Translations under genes and position numbers: made by a program
The notes under the pieces: generated by a model
The model's input: the letters and a program-made list of their open reading frames with translations, nothing else
Databases searched by the model: none
Told to the model about the DNA's origin: nothing
In this document: piece by piece, positions 56,712 to 64,000 of the stretch
Layout: the number at the start of each line of letters is the position of its first letter
How positions within the stretch are numbered: the first letter of the stretch is position 1
NCBI GenBank assembly: GCA_964472315.1
Contig: CAYYJS010000013.1
Span: forward strand, 229-64,228
Direction: 5' to 3'
Length of the DNA: 64,000 nt
Source of the DNA: an uncultured Victivallales bacterium
GTDB taxonomy: Bacteria; Verrucomicrobiota; Kiritimatiellia; UBA8416

Positions 56712-57917
56712 TCAGGTCATATACTCCGCGTTGATCCGGACATACTCGTAGCTGCAATCGCACGTGTACACCGTCGCCTGGCCGTTGCCGACATGCAGGC
56801 CGATCCGCACCGTGAATTCGGGTTTCGCGTAAACGGCCTCGACCGCCGCGAGCGAGAAGTCGGCGGCCGGGCACCCGTTGCGCACGGCGGCCACGTCGTC
56901 GAAATCGATATCCACGCGGTTCTCGTCGATCCGCGCGCCGGAGTAGCCGACGGCGGCGATGACGCGGCCCCAGTTGGGGTCGCCGCCGAACCAGGCGGTC
57001 TTGACGAGCAGGGAGTTGGCGATGGCACGGGCCACGCGATCGGCATCGGCATCGTCGGCCGCGCCGTCGACCGTCACGGTCACGAGTTTCGTGGCGCCTT
57101 CGCCATCCTTGACGATCTTCAGCGCCAGGGTGCGGGCGACCTCCGTGACCGCGGCCTGGAAGGCCGGCCACTCGGGGTGCGCCTCGTCGAGCGCCGGGTT
57201 GCCGGCGGCGCCGTTGGCCATCAGCAGGACCGTGTCGTTGGTGCTCTGGTCGCCATCCACCGAAATCCGGTTGAAACTCAGCGCGACGGCGGCGGACAGA
57301 CAGCGCTGGAGCGCCGGCTGCGCGACCGCGGCGTCGGTCGTCAGGAACGCGAGCATGGTGGCCATGTTCGGCTCGATCATCCCGGCGCCCTTGGCCATGC
57401 CGCCGATCCGGACGACACGGCCGCCGATGGTCAGCTCGGCCGCGGCCTGCTTCGGAACGGTATCGGTGGTCATGATGGCCCGCGCGGCATCGGGGCCGCC
57501 GGTCGGGGAAAGCGCGGCGGCGGCCAGGGCGGCGCCTTTTTCGATCTTGTCGATGGGCAGGGGTTTCCCGATCGTGCCGGTGGAACAGACGAAGACGTGC
57601 CCGACCGGAACCTTCAGCAGCCGGGCTGTGGTGACGGCGGTGCGCTCCGCGGCGGCCATGCCGGCGGGACCGGTACAGGCGTTGGCGCAACCGCTGTTGA
57701 CGATGATCGCCCGTGCCGTGCCGCCGGCCAGATGCGCGCGGCAGAGCTTGACCGGCGCGGCATGAACCTTGTTACGCGTGAACGTGCCGGCCACCGCGGC
57801 CGGCGTGGTCGAGACGAGCAGCGCCATATCGAGCTTGTTCGCCTTGATGCCCGCTTCGATCCCGCAGGCCTGGTATCCCAGCGGGGTCGTCACACCACCC
57901 TCGATCATCCTGTGCAT
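56712..57917 (-). CDS. argJ: Bifunctional glutamate N-acetyltransferase/amino-acid acetyltransferase
   Basis: …ATMLAFLTTDA…, start at MHRMIEGGVT. The longer ORF upstream of it looks like a spurious extension. Confidence 0.85.
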   Translation of the reverse strand: MHRMIEGGVTTPLGYQACGIEAGIKANKLDMALLVSTTPAAVAGTFTRNKVHAAPVKLCRAHLAGGTARAIIVNSGCANACTGPAGMAAAERTAVTTARLLKVPVGHVFVCSTGTIGKPLPIDKIEKGAALAAAALSPTGGPDAARAIMTTDTVPKQAAAELTIGGRVVRIGGMAKGAGMIEPNMATMLAFLTTDAAVAQPALQRCLSAAVALSFNRISVDGDQSTNDTVLLMANGAAGNPALDEAHPEWPAFQAAVTEVARTLALKIVKDGEGATKLVTVTVDGAADDADADRVARAIANSLLVKTAWFGGDPNWGRVIAAVGYSGARIDENRVDIDFDDVAAVRNGCPAADFSLAAVEAVYAKPEFTVRIGLHVGNGQATVYTCDCSYEYVRINAEYMT

Positions 57918-57988
57918 AGTCCTTCGCTCCGCGTTCCGATGGTCGCTGAATCGTTGGCCGCCGCCGCGTTCGTCCGGTGCGCCCTGCG

Positions 57989-59938
57989 TCAACCGCGCGT
58001 CCGGCTCCGCCCGCCGCGCCCCGATGACGCGCCGCCGCGTCCGCCACTGCGTCCGCCGCTGCGTCCGCCGCCGCCGCCACGGGGTCCACGCGATGATCCC
58101 TGTCGCGGCGCGCGGTCGGCCTCGTCCCGCACCGGCGCCGGCCGGGTCATGGGCGGCAACGGCTTCATCAGTTCTTCTTCCGGCATCCGGCACATCATGG
58201 TTTCGCCGATGTATTTCTCGATGTCCGGGATGATGAACGACTCGTCCTCGCAGGCGAAGGATACCGCCTTGCCAAGCGCGCCGGCGCGGCCGGTGCGACC
58301 GATACGGTGAACGTAGTCATCGGGTTCGTACGGCAGATCGTAGTTCACCACGCAGTCGATATCGTCCACATGCAGACCGCGGCCCGCCACATCGGTGGCC
58401 ACGAGCACGTTGACGCGCCCCGCCTTGAAATCCTCCAGCACGCGCATGCGCTTCCGCTGGTTCACCGCGCCGGAGAGCAGTTCGCAGTGCACGCCCAGAC
58501 GCGTCAACGCGTCGGCGATGCGCTCCGTATGATCGCGACGGTTGGCGAAGACGAGCAGCTTGCGGTTCGAGACGTGCATGACCAGGTTGTACAGCACGGT
58601 CAGCTTCTCGCGACTCGAAACGATGTAGACGAGCTGCTGGACGGTATCCACCGCCACCTGCGTCGGTTCGATGTCCACGACCTCGGGGGCGGGCATCCAT
58701 TGCTCGGCGAGACGCTTGACGTCGTCAGTCAGGGTGGCGCTGAACAGCATCGTCTGCCGGCGGTCCTTCGGCGGCGTGGCGCCGATGATCCGGCGCACAT
58801 CGGGGATGAAGCCCATGTCCAACATCCGGTCGGCCTCGTCGATGACAAGCCATTCCACTTCGCCCAGGTCGAGCGTCCTGCGCTGTTTGAAATCCAGCAG
58901 CCGCCCCGGCGTGGCCGCGATCAGATCGACCGTCCCGACGCGAAGCGCCTGCTCCTGCTTCGAAAAGTCCATGCCGCCATAGATCGCCAGGGACCGCAGC
59001 GGCAGGTACTTGCCCAGCAACTCCGCGTCGTGCGCGATCTGCACGACCAGTTCGCGCGTCGGCGCCAGCACCAGCGCGCGCGGCGTGCCCGGCTTACGGT
59101 CCGGCTTCGGGCGGGCGAGGCACTGCGCGAAGATCGAGATCAGGAACGCGGCCGTCTTGCCGGTACCGGTCTGGGCGCGGCCGGTCACGTTCTTGCCGGT
59201 GCGCGCATGGGGCAGCACGCCGGCTTGCACCGGCGTGCAATACTGGAAGTTCAGATCGGCGATGGCATGCATCATGGCGTCAGGCAGGCCCAGATCGTGG
59301 AAGCGCGTGAAGCCCTCCTTCGGCGGCACGACGAACTGGTCCGGCGACCACGGCGTGCCGGCATCGGCCGGTTCCGGTCGCGCCACCGGCGCGGTCTCGG
59401 CCGGCAGCTCCGGCATCGCATCCGCAGCGGTCTCGGCCGATACCCCGGTCGTTGCCTCCGCATCGGGTGCGGGGACATCTTCGACATCCGTGGCCACCGG
59501 CGCCGAATCGCCCGCCGCCGCACGCCCCCGCGGGCGTCGCCGCCGTCGCCGCCGCCGTTTCGCCACATCCCCGGCATCCGCGGCACCGGCCGCAAGGCCA
59601 TCGGGCACGCTCGGGCGTGCCGGACGTGCCGGACGTGCCGGACGCGCTGGCGTGCGCGGCGCTTCGGGCTCGGCGACGGGAAGTGTCGCCTCCGCCTGCG
59701 GCTTGGCCAGCCGGGAAGCGCCCGGACGCCAGGTCTCGGCGGCGCCGGCCGCGCTCTTCAACCCATGGGCCGGTGGCACATGGACGGGGGGGGGCGAGGG
59801 GTGGTGCGGACGCCGCTTACGGGCGCCATCGCCGGTCTTCGCCGGCGGGGTAACGGGCGCACGGCCGAGCCCATCGGCCGGATTCCCGCCACGTCCCAGC
59901 AGTTTATTGCCCAGCTTCTTGATCAATTTCAGTGGCAT
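57989..59938 (-). CDS. DEAD-box ATP-dependent RNA helicase with a Pro/Ala-rich N-terminal extension and an RGG-rich C-terminal tail
   Basis: Q motif, Walker A (AQTGTGKTAAF), DEAD (VIDEADRMLDMGF), SAT, HRIGRTGRAG. True start may be internal. Confidence 0.8.
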   Translation of the reverse strand: MPLKLIKKLGNKLLGRGGNPADGLGRAPVTPPAKTGDGARKRRPHHPSPPPVHVPPAHGLKSAAGAAETWRPGASRLAKPQAEATLPVAEPEAPRTPARPARPARPARPSVPDGLAAGAADAGDVAKRRRRRRRRPRGRAAAGDSAPVATDVEDVPAPDAEATTGVSAETAADAMPELPAETAPVARPEPADAGTPWSPDQFVVPPKEGFTRFHDLGLPDAMMHAIADLNFQYCTPVQAGVLPHARTGKNVTGRAQTGTGKTAAFLISIFAQCLARPKPDRKPGTPRALVLAPTRELVVQIAHDAELLGKYLPLRSLAIYGGMDFSKQEQALRVGTVDLIAATPGRLLDFKQRRTLDLGEVEWLVIDEADRMLDMGFIPDVRRIIGATPPKDRRQTMLFSATLTDDVKRLAEQWMPAPEVVDIEPTQVAVDTVQQLVYIVSSREKLTVLYNLVMHVSNRKLLVFANRRDHTERIADALTRLGVHCELLSGAVNQRKRMRVLEDFKAGRVNVLVATDVAGRGLHVDDIDCVVNYDLPYEPDDYVHRIGRTGRAGALGKAVSFACEDESFIIPDIEKYIGETMMCRMPEEELMKPLPPMTRPAPVRDEADRAPRQGSSRGPRGGGGGRSGGRSGGRGGASSGRGGRSRTRG

Positions 59939-60038
59939 ATCGTATGTCTTCGGATAGCAAAAAAGGGCATGTCACGCGGACGGTGACATGCCCTCAGACA
60001 ATGCCAAGTTGTTGTCGTGCAACGCCGAAACCGCGTGA

Positions 60039-60437
<399 letters not shown>

Positions 60438-60451
60438 CGCTCGACTCCCTG

Positions 60452-60883
60452 TTACTGCCAGTCCACGACGCGCGGCTGTTGCGCCGCATGCGGGTGTTCC
60501 TGCCCGGCATAGACCTTCAGCCGCGTCGCCATCCGCCGGCAAAGGTTGTTTTTCGGCAACATACCACGTACCGCCAGCTTGATCATACGATCCGGATGAT
60601 CCTTGCGCATGGCGCTCGCGGGGATCGATTTGAGGCCGCTACGGTACCCGGAGAACTGGTGATAGAACTTCTGATCTTCCTTGCGGCCGGTCAGCTTGAC
60701 CTTGTCGGCGTTCACGACGACCACAAAGGCTCCGGTATCCACCTGGGGCGAAAACTGGGGCGTGTTCTTGCCGCGCAGCGCGTCGGCGATCTTTACGGCG
60801 AGACGCCCCAACGGCCGGTCGGCCGCATCGACGACGAGCCAATCGCGCTGGTCGCCGGGGTCTTTCGGTAGAAAACTCTTCAT
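60452..60883 (-). CDS. rplM: 50S ribosomal protein L13
   Basis: MKSFLPKDPGDQRDWLVVDAADRPLGRLAV…. Confidence 0.9.
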   Translation of the reverse strand: MKSFLPKDPGDQRDWLVVDAADRPLGRLAVKIADALRGKNTPQFSPQVDTGAFVVVVNADKVKLTGRKEDQKFYHQFSGYRSGLKSIPASAMRKDHPDRMIKLAVRGMLPKNNLCRRMATRLKVYAGQEHPHAAQQPRVVDWQ

Positions 60884-61011
60884 CGAAACATTCCTTCCGT
60901 CAAAATAGAACGGCGAACATTACAGCAGCCGCCCGCGCCATGTCAACACCCGCGATGCGTTTTTTTTGTGGTGGCAATGGCCGGGTGTTTCGCGAGCCGT
61001 CGGCCAGGGCG

Positions 61012-62490
61012 TCAGGCGTCGAAGGCGGCCTCGATGGCGGCGACCACCGTGCGCAGGGCCTGGACGCGCGCGACGTACTTGTCGTTGCCGGCGATGACGG
61101 TCCAGGGCGCGACGGCGGTGCTGGTGCGCCGGATCATTTCGTCGACGGCCTGGTGGTAGAGCGGCCACTTCTTGCGGTTGCGCCAATCCTCGTCGGTCAG
61201 TTTCCACTGCTTGTGCACGACGGTTTCGCGTTCGTGGAACCGGCGCAGTTGCTCGTGCTTGTCGATGTGGATCCAGAACTTCACGATCACCGTGCCGGCA
61301 TCGGCCAGCGACCGCTCGAACTCGTTGATCTCGTCGTAGGCGCGGCGCCATTCGGCTTCGGTGCAGAACCCCTCCACGCGCTCGACGAGGACGCGTCCGT
61401 ACCAGGACCGGTCGAAGATCGTCAGGTGACCGGCCTTGGGAACTTCCTTCCAGAAGCGCCAGAGGTAGTGATGGTCGAGTTCTTCCCGCGTGGGGGCCGC
61501 GAAAGGCAGCACCTCGTACCCGCGCGGATCCAGTTCCCGCGTCAGCCGCTTGATATTGCCGCCCTTGCCGGCGGCGTCCCAGCCCTCGTACACGATGGCC
61601 GCCGGTACGCGCCGCGCGTACATCTCGTGCTCGATCCGGCACAATCGCCGCTGAAGGCGGTCGCGCTCCCGCGTGTAGGCCTGTCGGGTCAGACGCTGGC
61701 CCAGGTCCACGCGGTCCAGCGGCGACTCCTCGCGCGTGACCCGGCGACGCTCCGGTTTCATCGGCCGCCGGGCGGCCGCCCCGCCCGCCCGCGTCCGCGC
61801 GATGGCCTGGCGCAGGACGGCGTCCACCGTCTCCAGCACCTTCATGCGCGCGTACCGCTCGTCCGTGGCTTCCACGACCGTCCACGGCGCCTGCGCGGTG
61901 GAGGTCAGCTCGATCACCTCGTCGACCGTCCGCAGGCGCTCCCCGTAACGGCGATTCTCGCGGCGTTCCGCCGGGCCGAGTTTCCAGGCGAGGGCCTTGT
62001 CCGCCGCGATCTTCTTGAACCGCCGGGCCTGCTCCTTTTTCGAGATATGCAGCCAGAACTTCACGAGTGCCACGCCGTCGTCGGTCAACTGCCGTTCGAA
62101 CTGCAGGATCGCCTCGCAGTCGCGACGACGGTCCAGTCCGTCCGCCTGGTCGCGCAGGACGCGGCCGTACCAGGAGCAGTCGAAGATCGCCAGGCGACCC
62201 TTGCGCGGCAGGCGCGTGGCAAAACGCCAGAGAAAGGGGCGCAGACGCTCGTCTTCGCTCGGCGCGGCGATCGCATGGACACGGAATCCGCGCGGATCGA
62301 GAGGCTCGACCAACCGGTTGATGCAGGTGCCCTTGCCGGCGGCTTCCCAGCCTTCGAAGACAATGACCACCGGCACGCCGGCCTCGAAGGCCTGGCGTTG
62401 CAGCGCGGCCAGCTCGAACTGCAGCGGCTCGAAGGCCGCCTTGTACGCCTTGCGAGGCAACGACTTGTCGAGATCCGTCTTCTCCAGCAT
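61012..62490 (-). CDS. Two-domain polyphosphate kinase 2 (PPK2, class II/III-like)
   Basis: Two tandem PPK2 domains, each with a Walker A (FEGWEAAGKGT and YEGWDAAGKGG) and a lid (DRSWYGRVL). 492 aa. Confidence 0.8.
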   Translation of the reverse strand: MLEKTDLDKSLPRKAYKAAFEPLQFELAALQRQAFEAGVPVVIVFEGWEAAGKGTCINRLVEPLDPRGFRVHAIAAPSEDERLRPFLWRFATRLPRKGRLAIFDCSWYGRVLRDQADGLDRRRDCEAILQFERQLTDDGVALVKFWLHISKKEQARRFKKIAADKALAWKLGPAERRENRRYGERLRTVDEVIELTSTAQAPWTVVEATDERYARMKVLETVDAVLRQAIARTRAGGAAARRPMKPERRRVTREESPLDRVDLGQRLTRQAYTRERDRLQRRLCRIEHEMYARRVPAAIVYEGWDAAGKGGNIKRLTRELDPRGYEVLPFAAPTREELDHHYLWRFWKEVPKAGHLTIFDRSWYGRVLVERVEGFCTEAEWRRAYDEINEFERSLADAGTVIVKFWIHIDKHEQLRRFHERETVVHKQWKLTDEDWRNRKKWPLYHQAVDEMIRRTSTAVAPWTVIAGNDKYVARVQALRTVVAAIEAAFDA

Positions 62491-62508
62491 CGCGTCCGAT
62501 CCTCCTCT

Positions 62509-63417
62509 TCAACGGTATTCGTGGTGGTAGCGGCCGCGCACGGCGGCAAGGTGGCCGAGATTGGCGGCGACCTTGGTGAGCCAGTAGCCGGCGTAGCGCG
62601 GCACCGGCAGGCAGAGAACGGTCAGCAGCGCGCTCGCCGCCAGGAAGCCGGCGGCGCGCCCGCCGAGCGCGACGGCGGCGCGCGTGCGGCCGCGGTTGTC
62701 GGCGAGATCGAGGGTGACGCGCGTGAACGTGTTACCCCCACGGTAGGCGCGGCGCAGAATCCAGCACAGACGCGTGCGGGCCGGCGGGATCCGTTCGACC
62801 ACGCAGGCCTCCGGCGCGCTGATCCAGCGGGCGCCGTCGCGTCGCAGGCGCTTGAAGAGGTAGGAGTCCTCGCCGCCGGTCGTGCCGTAGCGCGCGGGGA
62901 ACGGGTCCGGCATGGCTTTCAACAACGCCGCGCGGATGCAGCAGTTGCTCGTGGGTGTGGCGATGGCCTCCTCGCCGCATTCCGGCAGCGGGCGCGTGAA
63001 AAGGTAAAGCGTGCGGATCCAGGCGGCCGTTCCGACGGGGAACTCCGAGACGATACGGCCGAAAGAGCCGTCCGCGCCGAATTGCCGCACCGCCGCGAGG
63101 TGTGCGGCGATCCAGTGCGGCATGGCCGTCTCGTCGTCGTCGATGAAGAGAAGCCAGTCGCCGGTCGCGGCGCCGACGGCCACGTTGCGCGTCAGGCTGA
63201 TGTTCTTTTCGGGCTGGGCGAGCGCCCGCAGCGCGAGGCCCGGCGGGGGACGACGGGCGCGGCAGACGGCCCCCGCCGAACCATCCGGATCGTTATCCAC
63301 CACGATGATCTCGACCGTCGTATCCGGCGGGAGCGTCTGGGCTTCGAGACTGTCCAGCAGGGCCGTCAGTCCCTCCGGACGGCGATAGGCCGCGATGCAC
63401 ACGGAACAGCGGGTCAT
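62509..63417 (-). CDS. Glycosyltransferase family 2
   Basis: …SVCIAAYRRPEGL…IIVVDNDPDGS…LLFIDDDE… (DXD). Confidence 0.75.
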   Translation of the reverse strand: MTRCSVCIAAYRRPEGLTALLDSLEAQTLPPDTTVEIIVVDNDPDGSAGAVCRARRPPPGLALRALAQPEKNISLTRNVAVGAATGDWLLFIDDDETAMPHWIAAHLAAVRQFGADGSFGRIVSEFPVGTAAWIRTLYLFTRPLPECGEEAIATPTSNCCIRAALLKAMPDPFPARYGTTGGEDSYLFKRLRRDGARWISAPEACVVERIPPARTRLCWILRRAYRGGNTFTRVTLDLADNRGRTRAAVALGGRAAGFLAASALLTVLCLPVPRYAGYWLTKVAANLGHLAAVRGRYHHEYR

Positions 63418-64000
63418 GCGCGCGCATCCTCCGGCGGCGGGTTGATGTAGGTGTGATAAATCAGGGCCGCCCAGAGCAGAACGGCCATCGCGCCTTCACC
63501 GAGCAGCATGGCCGTCAGGGCGCCCGGGATGCCGGTGAGACGGATCAGCACGTACCCGGCGATGACAGTCACGACCATCATCGCCGTGTTGACCATGGCC
63601 AGGAGCCGGAATTGCGTCAATACCTGCAATCCGAAGCTGGCGTTCATGCGGATGAACTGCGCCGCGGCGACGGCCGCCCAGAGCGGGACCAGATCGAAGG
63701 CGCGGTCGAACTTGTCCGTGAAGAGGATGCGTTCGAGAAGCGGCGCCAGATGGCAAAGCACCGCGGCGTAGGCGACGATCATGGCCGGACCGGTGACGCA
63801 GGCGCCGATCAGGCCCCGGACGTAGACCCGCATGCGGCCATCCTGGCGCAGGCGCGCGCCGTGCGGCACCGAAACCTGCGCCCAGCCCTGCCGGATCAGC
63901 ATGAACGGCATGAGCAGCAGGCGGGCCGCCGACAGGTCGGCCACCGCCAGACTTCCCGCCATGGCGCCCAGCATGTAGGTCGAGCTGTAGGTCTGGATAT
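63414..64000 (-). CDS. Polysaccharide biosynthesis protein/flippase (Wzx/MATE-like); C-terminal part only, continues beyond the window
   Basis: Hydrophobic multi-transmembrane ORF running to the window edge. Its stop overlaps the GT2 start. Confidence 0.5.
   Translation of the reverse strand, partial: IQTYSSTYMLGAMAGSLAVADLSAARLLLMPFMLIRQGWAQVSVPHGARLRQDGRMRVYVRGLIGACVTGPAMIVAYAAVLCHLAPLLERILFTDKFDRAFDLVPLWAAVAAAQFIRMNASFGLQVLTQFRLLAMVNTAMMVVTVIAGYVLIRLTGIPGALTAMLLGEGAMAVLLWAALIYHTYINPPPEDARA

Noticed and set aside
57918-58193. 92-codon N-terminal extension of the argJ ORF
   Set aside because: It has Arg-rich, low-complexity composition and overlaps the intergenic region. ArgJ homologs begin near MHRMIEGG.
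60940-63450. 836-aa + strand ORF opposite PPK2 and GT2
   Set aside because: It is antisense to two well-supported genes and has Arg/Gly-rich composition.

Overview
High-GC (about 65-70%) bacterial chromosomal window. Positions 1-22.3 kb read as a mosaic defence/accessory island. The remaining 22.3-64 kb is conserved core.

The island (1-22.3 kb) contains, in order:
- an RloC/PrrC-like ABC ATPase with a zinc hook
- a GmrSD-type (DUF262+DUF1524) type IV restriction enzyme, plus a truncated DUF262 fragment
- a DUF429 protein with an unknown N-terminal domain
- a tightly overlapped 4-gene operon: XRE-HTH/ImmA-peptidase fusion, PIN-like protein, HipA-like kinase-fold protein, DUF3037-like protein
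- a 1740-aa tri-domain DnaQ-exonuclease/RecQ-helicase/UvrD-helicase protein with two small downstream ORFs, the whole module bracketed by a 95-bp direct repeat
- an AbiEi/AbiEii type IV toxin-antitoxin pair
- a frameshifted nucleotidyltransferase pseudogene and gene remnants

Three different long direct-repeat pairs (49 bp, 40 bp, 95 bp) are interleaved across the island and look like junction scars between cassettes.

The core region (22.3-64 kb) contains:
- panD and mgtE
- a polysaccharide modification cluster: SxtJ-like protein, carbamoyltransferase, DUF5989, glycosyltransferases, epimerases, AsnB, a methyltransferase
- a TonB-dependent receptor
- an aminotransferase
- a tandem NDK-domain protein
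- the bamA-dnaB-rplI-rpsR-ssb-rpsF block
- pth, rplY, prs, tRNA-Gln and ispE
- a DtxR-like regulator
- a TrmH-family methyltransferase
- thiD and argGDBJ
- a DEAD-box helicase
- rpsI and rplM
- a two-domain PPK2, a GT2 glycosyltransferase and a partial flippase

The most notable candidates for undescribed biology are the repeat-bracketed exonuclease-RecQ-UvrD module and the ImmA/PIN/kinase/DUF3037 operon.
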